In this document: positions 48,709 to 61,011 of the stretch, piece by piece
Numbering within the stretch: the first letter of the stretch is position 1
How the letters are laid out: every line of letters begins with the position of its first letter
Assembly (NCBI GenBank): GCA_964188305.1
Contig: OZ076895.1
Length of the DNA stretch: 64,000 nt
Direction: 5' to 3' (one strand)
Origin: Podarcis bocagei
Lineage: Eukaryota
Notes under the pieces: generated by a model
Database searches by the model: none
The model's input: the letters and a program-made list of their open reading frames with translations, nothing else
What the model was told of the DNA's origin: nothing
Made by a program: the position numbers and the translations under genes

Positions 48709-49276
48709 GTGAGAGACTAGGGTGATGTCTGCTGAACTCTTCTTTTTTGTGGATGAGCTGAGTTTGTTTGGAGGCTGAGAGTGGGGGGGTAGTCCAAAAG
48801 AGAATGAACTGATATTGATTTACATATGTACAATAGTAACTTTGTATTAATGTAACATTTTTATATGTTACTGTGTATTTTTGTAATGTTTTGTTTAAGT
48901 TGTCTGTTGTTGCTTCTATTTTGTACACTGCTTAGATTTTTTTAAAAAAATAATCAATCAAGAAAAACAAGGTCTCTGGAAGATACCACGCCCTCACAAC
49001 AAGTTCACACAAAAGCATTATATATCTATGTGCCCTGGACAAACAGCGTAGGCAAACAGAGACACATTGCAAGCTGCACTTCCATAAAAGTAGAAATAAT
49101 GAGTCTCCAAGCCAAAATGCAGCTAGTTTTTAGGAACGGTGAGAGATGTTGTTACATGGGCTGCTTTTTGAAGGCACTAGGATATCAGCACAGCTATATT
49201 TTGTTTGATGGATATGTTGCTTTGTTCAGTAGGTTTTTAAATGTGCTAAACCACCTGGTGCCTTTCAGATGTGTTC

Positions 49277-49412
49277 CAGTTGTTCTCAACCTTGGGTCCC
49301 CAGATGTTTTTGGCCTACAACTCCCTTGATCCCTAGCTCACAGGACCAGTGGTCAGGGATGATGGGAACTGTAGGACAAAAACATCTGGGGAGCCAAGGT
49401 TGAGAAAAGCTG
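49277..49412. mobile_element. Palindromic hAT MITE (related to 39829), apparently nested in an older related MITE (about 49255-49510)
   Basis: CAGTTGTTCTCAACCTTGGGTCCCCAGATGTT...AACATCTGGGGAGCCAAGGTTGAGAAAAGCTG. The flanks carry the two halves of a similar element. Confidence 0.8.
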
Positions 49413-50916
49413 CAAGCTTTCATAATTCCTGACCATTTGCCATGGTGGCTGGGGTTTAAGGGAATTTGAATCCAATAACTTCTGGAGGGCACAAGATTGG
49501 GGAAACGCTATGTTAAACATCCAATGGAATGCTGAACCTTTGGATAAAACCAAATTTCAAAGTTGGGCACAGAAGGGGGGGGGGATAGAAAAAAACTTGA
49601 CCGGCTCTTGGGAACAGGCCATGCCGGTTACTGCTTCTTTCAGGCAAAGCCAAGGAGAAAACTTCAAGTGTTCAAACATGCCTTCTGCATGTACCAGGCC
49701 TTGTAACAGCAGATGTTATATGCTGGGGTCATATTGCAGACTTTTGGGTGGACTACGGCAGCAGTAGATTCTTGTCTGCCATTTTCTGTAGTACAGAAAA
49801 CGTACAAATGAGGCTGAAATGTTCAAATGTTGCTAAGAGTTACAGCAGTTACAAAATGTGCTCAAATGATTATGCCAAGTGTTTCATTTGTTTGCAGTAT
49901 TATTAATACCTAATAGTGCCTTGCTAAAGCAAACCCAAAGCCAAGAAGCATGTTTTATTTCAAACAGAAGAAGAAAAAATAAGTAGTACATTAAAACTGC
50001 AGGAGGGGACACACTTTGCAAGCGAATTAACTAAATGGATTTTATGAGCAAAATGTCATTTAATCCCAAATTAAGCCTCTGGAAGGTCTAAGCAGCTTTA
50101 ACAATCCAGCAGTGGAAAACCATCCAATACTGAATTCTATTTGTAGTATAAATAGCAAGCTGGCTCTGGGATTGACAGAAAAAGCTATCCAGATGTAACT
50201 GGAATCCAATCAGCTGAAGTACCTGCCAGTCATCAACTGAGTCAGCATTATCTATATTTCCTCTTTTTATGTGCTGCTGCCTATGGATTTATCCCCTTTT
50301 ATGTTTGAATCGAGGAGATGAGGAAGAGGAAAGAATGACATGATAAACTGTTTCATACGGCTGGCCTACACATTACTTTCATCGCATAGAGGAAGTTGCA
50401 AATAGTTTCCACATGATAGATTTTGATGGTAACATAATATGTTATAGTGCTCTCCCTTTTCTTCTGCCTGGTATGGAGATTGGCTGCTTCCAGTCTCTAG
50501 GAACCATACAGACCAAATCTTAGGCTCCATGGTGCTTAGTCAGCAATGGGATGTAGGTTAGGAAGCATGTTAATCCTGGTAGTTCACTTGCACATGGTTT
50601 TCAGCCCACATTGCTTTTTATCTCATCTAGAGTGTACTTCTTGCAACTATTTGCATTATTCATATTAACTAGGGACAGACCAGGGTTTTATTACAAGCCA
50701 ATAATATATTTTTTAATAAACTCTGGCTGAGTTTGGACTTTGGCTGCAAACAGATGTAAATTTACCTAGGAGTAAGCACCACTGAACACACTGATTTACT
50801 TTCAAGTACATGCACAAAGGACTGCACTTTTACTATAGAAAGGTACCCTGAACATGCTTTTAACTCTCTTTATATTTAATGCCCATCCAACTGTGGGATG
50901 CTTGATTTCCTATAGG

Positions 50917-50920
<4 letters not shown>

Positions 50921-50958
<38 letters not shown>
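50921..50958. repeat. (GA)n microsatellite
   Basis: Direct inspection. Confidence 0.92.
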
Positions 50959-50961
<3 letters not shown>

Positions 50962-53661
50962 GCTTGGAACTACGGTCTGCTTTGGTTACCTGCAGTATTC
51001 AAGTTTTGTCTAGTAAACTTTTCCCATGAAAAATAAATGTTTTCAAAAACCATTGGGAACAATGCCAATTTGTATGATTGGCCTTTTGTTTTTTGGTGTC
51101 TTTCTCAGGGCTGCATTGGATCCCCTGTTTTGTCTGTGCTTGGCTTCCCAGCGACAAAGATGAGTAAGCAATGTATTAGTGGACTGCAGTTTGCTACTCG
51201 AAGAGTTCCATGCATTTACAGATGTGTGAGTTCATTTCATTTATTAAACATCTCTTCCACCTTTGTAGTTTCTGAATTCTTGGCATGGCACAGTTTGTGA
51301 AAGCGCATTGCTACAGACGCTGATCAATCCTCATCTTAGCGTATGATGCCTTGCCATAGCTTCTTTCTTTGAGGCTTATCATTCGTCTCAGTCTCGTAAA
51401 ACAGTGTTATCCTCAATGCGCTCTTTTTAAAATTGCTGCTTCTAGGATTAACTTTTACTGGCTTATTTTTTTTTACATTAATATTATCAGCAGCCTGAAG
51501 CCCCCATGACTGCAGCTTCACGGAATCGTAAATTTCACATAGTTGGTGAACACTTCTACTCCCCTGAGACAATCTAGGGTAAGGATAAGGCAATTTATAT
51601 TATACATCGAGAAATGTGAGAATTCTCTGTGGAAAAGGCTTTTCCTCAACCACTGACAGAACCCTGAGCTAAACAATGCATGGTGGTTGCAGCTAAAGGA
51701 TAAGCCAATAGCAGACTGCAGCTTTTTAGAATAGCCAGTCTTACCTCCCTAGCTCAAAATGCACACATACACAAAACAAGCTTCAAAGAAATCTAAGTTT
51801 CCATGTTGATGCCAAATTCCCAGGGAACCTCAGCTACTGAGATTTCACCTTCCTTTTTGAGGCACAAAACTTGTATGCTAAGTTCCAGAGAGTGGGTATC
51901 CCGGATGAAATGTTACTTCTCCCATGTGGGAGCAATGATGTGCCCACCCCAAGTGTAAGAAAAAGCAAGGGTTAGCCTTATAAATCATGTAAACTACATG
52001 TGTTGGTCTCACCCTCCCTCCCTCCCTCCCCCCCCCTCTCTCTCTCTGACTCTCCTTCTTTGGAGTTTGGCTTTTTCATTAACTTTCTATGTATTCTACT
52101 AAGTGGAAATTGGAATGGAGCACTATTAGAAGAAGAATGAAAGGAACAAATTAAAATTATGTGCAGCAAGTACCATTTTCTTGCTATGGATAATGAGTAT
52201 CTTACAATCCATTTATCAGCAAGCTCAGTATTAAAAGGTGCAAAACCTTCAAGCAACAGTAAATTACCGCAAATGTAATACAATAATTTGATGGGCTGGA
52301 CATGGGGTAGGAAGAGTCCTCCCAAAGCTGAAGATTTGTTAAATGCATGTTGTTATAAGACTTAAGAAATTATAAAATGACATGAAATTCTTTTGATATA
52401 CTTCTGAATCTCTTATACAGGTCAAAACATTTTAACATTCTTAATATAGCCGTTAGATCCTCAGCATACAAAGCTATCAGAAACTTAACAATTGATAAGT
52501 GGTAGCCTCAATCAAGTGAAAGGAAGGGGGGGACAGAGATCCTTGTGGAGAGAATAGAACAGGAAATGCTTATTCCATTTCATGGTATTGTAGCTGACAT
52601 GGTGACTTCTTTGTTAAACTAATGTCAGGAAATCAAATACTTAGCAGTCTTTTGCCTTCTAAAGGCAAGCTAATTCTAAAGTAAACTTCTAGAATGTTAA
52701 GCACCTAAAGAGTTCAATTGTTGATTCTGCACTGGAGACTGTAGGAACCCCTAACCTATTATGCCATTACGCAAAAAGCTATTTGAATGCCAGCTTTTGG
52801 AGTGATCTTGTTTAGCTTTAAAGAAAGAGATTTAGCCATTCCCGCCAGGGAGCAGACTATGGCTGAACCAGTTTTAGCTGTGAAGCAATTTGGTCTTTGT
52901 GGCTGAAAGCATTCTTTTTTCCTTCTGTTTGAAAAACAGCATATTCTTCAAACAAAGTTCAGTTTCACTGGATTGTTGTTGTTTTTTTAAGTAATAATTC
53001 CTATGTATTTTGTCAAAAGGAAACTTTTTTAAAAACGTAGATATACAGATGAGACACAGGAAAAACAAAAGTAACTGGATTTCATTTTTGGAGGGGGGAG
53101 AGTTGGAATCAATCTTCTTGAGTTCTCTTTAGCAGGCTTGCTGAAGTGCAAATGTGTTTCCAGCACCAATGAATTAAACTGCAACATTCTTTTTTACTCT
53201 GTGTGGTTCTGGTGCAACAAGCCAGCCATTATGAAATACATTCCTGTCTCATTAATGAGCTAAGCTTGGGAACCCAGCATTTTGGAAACATAAAGAGACA
53301 ATTTATAATGAGACTTCAACTCAGTGGGAAGGCTGAAGACGGCAGCCTCCTCTCAAAGTTATCATAATAGAAACTCCTTAATGAGTGAAAGACCTTCTTG
53401 AAGAGACTCAAAGCACCCTAAATATGAAGAGGATATATTATGTTACATGTATGCCCACCTTGCTGAGTTTCAGCTGAAGTAAAGGCCCTTTTGTGTCTTA
53501 GAAAAGCAGGCTGGTGCCAGATTTACATATATCAGAAGAAACAGGGCAAAGTTTACTGAACAGAATACCTCAAGCTCACACCTTCAAAGTGTTAAGGGAC
53601 CTGCAGTGCTCCAAGGCAAAATGGAGGCTGGCAACTGACAGCAATGGGGCAGAGTCTAGAT

Positions 53662-53980
53662 CATGGGTAGGCAAACTAAGGCCCGGGGGCAGGATCCAGC
53701 CCAATCGCCTTCTAAATCCGGCCCACAGACGATCTGCAAATCTGTGTTTTTACATGACTAGAATGTGTCCTTTTATTTAAAATGCATCTCTAGGTTGTTT
53801 GTGGGGTCTGCCTGGTGTTTTTACATGAGTAGAATGTGTGCTTTTATTTAAAACGCATCTCTGGGTTATTTGTGGGGCATAGGAATTCATTCATTTCCCC
53901 CCAAAAAATATAGTCCGGCCCCCCACAAGGTCTGAGGGACAGTGGACCAGCCCCCTGCTGAAAAACTTTGCTGGCCCCTG
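53662..53980. mobile_element. hAT (Charlie-type) non-autonomous element with perfect 8-bp TSD
   Basis: GTCTAGAT|CATGGGTAGGCAAACT...ACTTTGCTGGCCCCTG|GTCTAGAT. The nTCTAGAn target is typical of Charlie-group hATs. Confidence 0.9.
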
Positions 53981-55003
53981 GTCTAGATCAGTCAATATTT
54001 TCAATGGGCAGAAAAAAATGGAAGCCAGCATTGCTGATCCCCAGTTCTAACCTTCAGGCTTACAGAAGCCTGCTTATAAAATATGTTGTCACTCACACCT
54101 TGAATTGCTTACTTGTCAGGATTGTAAATGACATGGGACTGCAAAGCCTCTGTCATGTGCTTGAGAGGCTGCCTCCCAAGAAGATCATGATGAGTGGGTG
54201 GGGAGACCAACCTAGTCCCATCATTTGGTCAGAGTAGGAGCAACAGCATGGAGCTTCCTTCTCCCCTCCCTGCTGGAAGGGGAGGTTGGTTTGCTCCTTG
54301 CTTCCTCCCAAATCCTTCTCCTATTGTGCGATGTCTTTTAGATTGCGTATTTTATTGATTGCTGTAAGCTACTGGAGAGGAATTTTTTTAGATGAACAGT
54401 GGGGTAAACATTATGTTAAATACAATGGTTCAGCAAGAGATCTCCAGGGCACTTCTGTTCAGAATCCTCCATTTCAGGATCAATTCATATTGGTCCTTAT
54501 GAGGATAAATGTCAAGGAATCTATTCTTAACTGAGAATAACCAGTGCCCAAGGCACTTTTCAGGATATTTGCGAATGTGTGATTCAGCTCTGCTCCAGGA
54601 GCTGTTTTAAGTCCTGCAGATCTGGAACACCCAACTGTCTGCCTACCTGGCTTCACCTTTCCTAGATCTTGCCAAAGTAAGATGAATGGCAATCTCTGGC
54701 TTCAGTTGCCACTGCCTGCAGCTTCAGTCTTTATTGTGGCAAACCTTACACCATGAATTTCAACCCACCACGACAACACATCATTACAGTAATGCTAATA
54801 TACTCCCAGATTTAAAAAACAAATAAAAAATGTGTGAATTGAAATGTTGTATAAATACCTTTGTCACTTTTTCAGTTGTCTGCTATGTACCGGTAAATGC
54901 CTCTCCACAAAGACAAGCAATGCTAGTGCCTCTGCCGCTTTGATGAAGACCAAATATATTTAACAATTGCATAATACTAATTATGGGGCAGTAGTTTGCA
55001 TGT

Positions 55004-55354
55004 GGGACGCAGGTGGCACTGTGGGTTAAACCACAGAGCCTAGGTCTTGCCAATCAGAAGGTCGGTGGTTCAAATCCCCGTGACAGGGTGAGCTCCTGTT
55101 GCTTGGTCCCCGCTCCTGCCCACTTAGCAGTTCGAAAGCACATCAAAGTGCAAGTAGATAAATAGGTACCGCTCTGGCGGGAAGGTAAACGGCGTTTCCG
55201 TGCGCAGCTCTGGTTCGCCAGAAGCGGCTTAGTCATGCTGGCCACATGATCCGGAAGCTGTACACCGGCTCCCTCGCCCAATAAAGTGAGATGAGGGCCT
55301 CAACCCCAGAGTCGGTCACGACTGGACCTAATGGTCAGGGGTCCCTTTACCTTT
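55004..55354 (+). mobile_element. Sauria SINE with 12-bp TSD
   Basis: Full copy. TSD TAG(T/C)TTGCATGT at 54992-55003 and 55355-55366. Confidence 0.94.
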
Positions 55355-55542
55355 TAGCTTGCATGTATCTGGCACCAGATTCAATTCCATGCCTCTCCAC
55401 TTGAAAGGATCAGGTAGCAGGTGACGAGAAAAGTTTCTGTCCCAGATTCTGAAAACTTGCTGCCAGTTAGATCAAGCTAGATCAACCTTTGGCCCTCCAG
55501 ATCTTGCTGAATTACAGCTTCCACATTCTCATCAGTACTGTA

Positions 55543-55784
55543 CAGTGGTACCTCTGGTTACATACTTAACTCGTTCCGGAGGTCCGTTCTTAACCTGAAA
55601 CTGTTCTTAACCTGAAGCACCACTTTAGCTACTGGGGCCTCCTGCTGCTGTTGTGCTGCCGCCGTGCAATTTCTGTTCTCATCCTGAAGCAAAGTTCTTA
55701 ACCCGAGGTACTATTTCTGGGTTAGCGGAGTCTGTAACCTGAAGCGTATGTAACCTGAAGCATATGTAACCCAAGGTACCACTG
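55543..55784. mobile_element. Tc1/mariner (Tigger-like) MITE, 242 bp
   Basis: TA|CAGTGGTACCTC...AAGGTACCACTG|TA. Same family and length as 31906-32147. Confidence 0.9.
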
Positions 55785-58700
55785 TAGTACCCATTAGCAA
55801 AGTGCAACTGTTGCAAAAATCAACGTTTGAGGCTGAAGGAAATTTCCACGCGGCAGTGAAAAAAACCAAAGGTGTTTATTGCTAGCAATAAAGGCTCAGT
55901 GCGATTACTCTCCAAAGGCTGAGCAACCCGCCAGGGGAGGGGCTCATATGCATCACAACCATATGACTTGCACATGCATGAAGACATACAAGGATCCTGT
56001 TATGGAAACAGAGGCCTCAAATGAATTTTGCATGATTGATGGATTAAATGAATTTATATACCACCCTATACCCGGAGGTCTCAGTATGAGAGGCAGTATA
56101 AGAGATGCTGTGAAAATGCCCTGCATAGCTAGCCCCCCAGTGCAGATACATGAATGTTTACACAAAATTTGTCCCAAGCTTTTGCACTCTCTAAATTCCT
56201 AAAGGCAGCAGAGAGAAATAAACATTCAAAAGTGAGAAATGCATGTTGCAGCTATGTCATTTCCAGTAGCAAAAACACCCTCATTTTTATTTTAGTGAAA
56301 CCATGATACTTACTGTTGAAAAGCTGTTGCAGCAGAATTTCCAAAAAAGAGAAAAGGGTAGTGCCTTACAGAAATGTTGAAATATACTTTCATGCAATTA
56401 ATCTTATGCCTTTAGATGTATTAATATCAGAGGCAAAAGTTTTGAACACAAATGTCAACCCATGAAGTTAACAACAGGAAGTTATGCTTTGTAATAACCC
56501 TGAATCAGGACTGGTTTCAGCAGAATGAGCTGGTTAAAGTCCTGAAGTGTACCAGTTTCAGGACATATGGTGATGGTAGCAGTGCTGGGGACGTTTAGAC
56601 GCCTTCCCCATCTTAAAAGCAAAGCTAATTCGTGCAGTGGGGAGAAAAGTTCTGCCCCAGCCTTATCACTGATGTGCTAGGTTTCTACCTGAGTATGCGT
56701 TTCAAAAGTAAAATGTGAAGTTTTCAAAAATGACGTTCTCCCTCATCTGCGATCTGAAGTGGCACAGTTCATTCTACCACCTGTATTTAGATGTGCAGCT
56801 TCAAACTAAGTTTGTGCAGAGGGACGGGCCAAAAGCTTTTAATCTTGGTTGTGAAGATCAGTGCCATCTTGGCTTTGAGAATTTGACACACATCCCATTC
56901 CTTAATTTAAAACTCACACCACCACCACCCATATATTTTTTTTTAAAAAAAAACTCTGATCAAAATGCCATTTTCATTATGCACAAGTTAGTTTTGAGTC
57001 TTCCAGTTCTCTGGGTGCCTGCACTGTAAACTCACTACCTCATACCAATGTAATGTCCTAATTTAGGATAGTTCAGGAATAGATCGAAATATGTCGGCTC
57101 TAGAGGAAAGGAAAGGCTGAAAAGATGGCTGCTAGGTTGCCAGCAGTCAGCCTGAGGGCAGATAAGTAGCTCTACAGTTCATTAAAAATGCCAGTATCCT
57201 TCATTCTTTCACCCAGGAGGGGTTCCCAGAAAAATAAAATGCAGAGACAACATTCTAAACACTGGCATTTATATTTCCATAGAAAAACAATAATTTTATA
57301 GTACATATTTACTTTGGACTGGTTGTTCTTTTGCAGATATCTAAAGCACTTACTAAAAAAACATTCACGATCCAATAAAGCATGGGGAATTGAGAAAAAA
57401 AACATAGGAAGGAAAAGATACTAACCCCAGTTTAAGCAGACAATCAAAATCCCACATCGCCACCACTCAGAATGGCCTGGCCAATGACACTAATGACCTG
57501 AGATGTGTTTGGTTCAAGAAAGTGAACTCCAAGGGACAGACAGCGCTATGTTGTGCTGTCTCGTGTTCCCAAGGGGGGACTAAGGTACAGCAAGAGTGTA
57601 AATTGGCCAACTAAATGGAAAGCAGCACCCTGAGTAGTTTGGTGCATTGACTTTTATGACAAAGAAGTCTTGTACGTATACACAAACATGGGACTGAGCT
57701 GGAAAGCTTGCATAGGAAGCAAAAGGTTGTAAGAGCAAGCTGAGAAGCAAAGGGGAGAAGAGAAGATCTTTTCCAATACTTGTGGTGCTAAAAATCAGTT
57801 AGCAGCCAAGCTGCTAGGAAGGTCATGGCATCTGACCTAGAAGAGGGCACTCCTTATGTTTTCATTTTGAAACTACAGAATGCACCCATTTTTAAAATGC
57901 CTGCATGAGATCATATTGACTCGAAAACATCTCTACCTCTCAAAACATGTGCTTTGGCTCCCTTCCAAGACAATTTTCTCATGCTATCTGACCCATGGGA
58001 CATAGCTGGGGTGCACCTGAGCAGAAATTTCCCAAGAGACACTTTTCTGAGAAATATTCCAAGATTTTTCTTTTTCTCACCCCACCTTAAAAAAAAAAGT
58101 CTCGTAGAATTTTTTTTCCATATATCCACTCCCTGTTTGTGGTAAAAAATCATTCCCCCCCGCCCCAAATGCCTTGGAACGAATCCAGGCCATTGTGGAG
58201 GCTACAAAATGGTAGCCAAGCTGCCAATACAATTCCTACTGCTGTCATTTACAGTGGCAGCAGCCACAACAGCGTACTACCAACACTGCTAATTGTAAGC
58301 CCTACCCTAAGAAATAACTACATTGTACTGCTCTGCTCATTTGTTAAACTTTCCACCTATGGGAAGAGCTCAAGAGTCATATGAAGTTAAGGCATATCCT
58401 TAGAAAAGAACTGACTGGGTAAGTCTGATATTTTCATGGCAGCTAGCATATCCAAACATATATTGCATTTCCCCCAAGAGATTGTTTACAGATATAGAAC
58501 CAAACATTACTCCTGAAAAGTAAAAAGTAGCCACAGTGGCTCACAGTAAAAAAAATCCAAATTACCTATACCATTATTAGACCAACTAAAATGACATAAA
58601 ACTATGTGCAAACTTTCAAGCTCCCTTGACCTTTTCCCCAGGCTACATGGTTAAAGAAAAATGCGGTAAGGAAGAGAGAGGAAGGGCTATATTGCTCAAG

Positions 58701-58829
58701 TCATGTCTGTATTTGCCAATAATCTTACGACAGAGTGTTGGAGAAGCTAGTAAACTCTCAAAGAAGGCCCTTTCAAAAAACACACAAAAAAACAGTTCTT
58801 ACTCAGCTCTGCTTCCATGAGTTCTGCAT

Positions 58830-58915
58830 CACTGAGCCTGATGAAGAGTTCTGTGGAACCTGGAATTTCTATCTTCTGACATTTTGGTAGGCCTGATAAA
58901 GATATTGCCCTAATA
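58830..58915 (+). mobile_element. Probable Penelope-like element terminal (pLTR) remnant with decayed hammerhead core
   Basis: CTGATGA-A-GAGTTC-TGTG-GAACCT-GGAA followed by ..GATAAAGATATT, resembling reptile Penelope ends. Confidence 0.4.
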
Positions 58916-59052
58916 AAAGGTAAACTCGGAAAGCTGCCTGCGGACAAATGCCGGCTCCTTCGGCCTGAAAGCGAGATGAGAGCCACAGCCCCATAGTCGC
59001 CTTTGACTGGACTTAACCATCCAGGGGTCCTGTACCTTACCTTTACCATTTG
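58916..59052 (+). mobile_element. 5'-truncated Sauria SINE with 13-bp TSD
   Basis: GGCTCCTTCGGCC..AAAGCGAGATGAG..GACTGGACTTAA..CAGGGGTCC..ACCTTTACC. TSD TATTGCCCTAATA at 58903-58915 and 59053-59065. Confidence 0.85.
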
Positions 59053-59739
59053 TATTGCCCTAATATGTATTTTGAAGCATTATCCAGCATCCCAGATGAA
59101 GCAGAAAGAACACTCTGGGTGTTGTAAAATATTGGCATCTAGAAGCACACAGTTTCAAGTCATGATTTATGGCGCTGGGTGGAAAGCAGGGCAGTAGAGA
59201 AACACACCTTGACAGAGAAAGTTCTGTCTGTGCCCCAGGATATCCTAATGATATTCTCTGTGGTTTTTGCTTTGCTTCATTTATAGTGAATTTGCTATGT
59301 ATGAACCACTGCTTCTTCTATTGCTATAACTTAGAAACATTCTCTTCCCTTCCCAAGGCCATAATATAACAGGAAATTGTTTATTTTGATTCAACAACCT
59401 GGTTTAATAAATCCTGCAACATACTGAAGACAATATTATATAGCTTCAAAACCTACATGAGGGACAAAGAGAACTCAATAATGAGTGAAACTCTCCAAAT
59501 TTAGAACTTATCCATGTAAACAAAAAATGTGAACAGTGCGCAAGTACTTCTACTGTAAAATTGCACTGCATGTCAACATTAAACAGCAACAATACAAACA
59601 AAAATAGCTACTACCAAGAATTTCAAGAGGGAAAATTCTCAAAACCATAATTCAGTGTGACTGAAGACCACTGTGTCCCCATGGTATAATCTTACATGGC
59701 TTCCCAAAGCTGGGATTTCTTTTTTCCCCTCCTTTTTTA

Positions 59740-60790
59740 TTGTGGGAAGGTGTTCCCACAGATAAGGAGCCACAGAGGGGGAGTCACAATGGAAAAGGCC
59801 CTCCCTTCAGCTGCTACAAAGTTGACTTCAGCAGACCAGACAGGCTTCATCTGAAAACCTCAACATACAGGTAAGAGTATATTGGGGGAAAGTATATACA
59901 GGTTCCAAATTTTGAAAATTTCATAAACAGATATAAGTACCTTAAGATTGAGCTCGATAGCAAATTGACAGCCTGTTCTTTCAGAAGAGATATCATATGC
60001 ACATGCTAGGTCCCTCCTGTTAGTGCCCCTAACGACTGCATTGTGCACTGAAAGAACTAATGTTACTGTGATGTGCTCTACCTGGTAGCTCCACACAGGG
60101 CACCTTACAATAATCAAATATTCAGTTTATCTATGTATGGAACAGCCTATGCCTGTCCAGAAATGGCCTTACCTGCAACACCAGTCAAAGATGGGGAAAG
60201 AAAGCTTTGAACCTTTGGTGATGAAGGCTGTGTTCTTTGTTCTTCAGAAGGTATGCAGACCTGATCAGATCAGGCTGCTATCCTAACTCCTGGAAACAGA
60301 AACCATCCATCCACAGCCCCTCCATCATATTGGGCTTCAGTTTCTAATTTCAACTTATTGGCTCTTATCCAGTCCACCACTCATTGAAGCACCAATTCAG
60401 AACATGCACAGCCATACTCAGCTCAACTGTAACAGAGGAACAGAGCTGGGTATCATCTGCATACTGATGACACTCTGCCCCAAATCCATTCCCTATCACT
60501 TCATACAGATGTTAAACAACAGTGGGGGAAAGAAGATGGAGCCTTGTGGCACCTTCACAGCATAACTTCCAGGGGGTCAAAATGTAGTCACCTAATGATA
60601 CTCTCAGGTACAAGTCTCATAGGCAGGAATAGACCTCCTGCCTCTTGTTCCAAACCTGCAGAGACAGTCCAGCATGATACCATGGTTGATGGTATCAAAA
60701 GCCATGGAGAGAACCAAGTAAAGCAAGAAGGGTCACATTCCCTCTGGCCCACCCCATACAAAAGGTCATCCAATTTGTATAATCTTCCTC
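59740..60790 (-). mobile_element. Old, internally deleted L2 RT and C-terminal fragment
   Basis: Minus strand encodes AFDTINHG, VPQGSI...LFNI and CHQYADDTQL (about 60440-60700), with degraded C-terminal remnants down to about 59740. Confidence 0.75.
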
Positions 60791-60976
60791 TCGCCAATCA
60801 AAGCAAAGCCACTATATACTCCCTTTCAGAATGCATTTTCTGTTATGCTGTTCCAATTGCCCATCCTACCAGCTGGCTTGGTTCAAATTATTTCTTTAAA
60901 AATCTATAAATGCATTGCGATCAGCAAGTTTCCTGTCAGCATTAAAGGAGATAATCCAGGATTCTAGGGGTGAGAT

Positions 60977-61011
<35 letters not shown>
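60977..61011. repeat. (GATA)n microsatellite
   Basis: Direct inspection. Confidence 0.92.

Noticed and set aside
1-60790. Sense-strand bias of L2 fragments relative to TMTC2 (about 8 of 11)
   Set aside because: The sample is too small to distinguish from chance.
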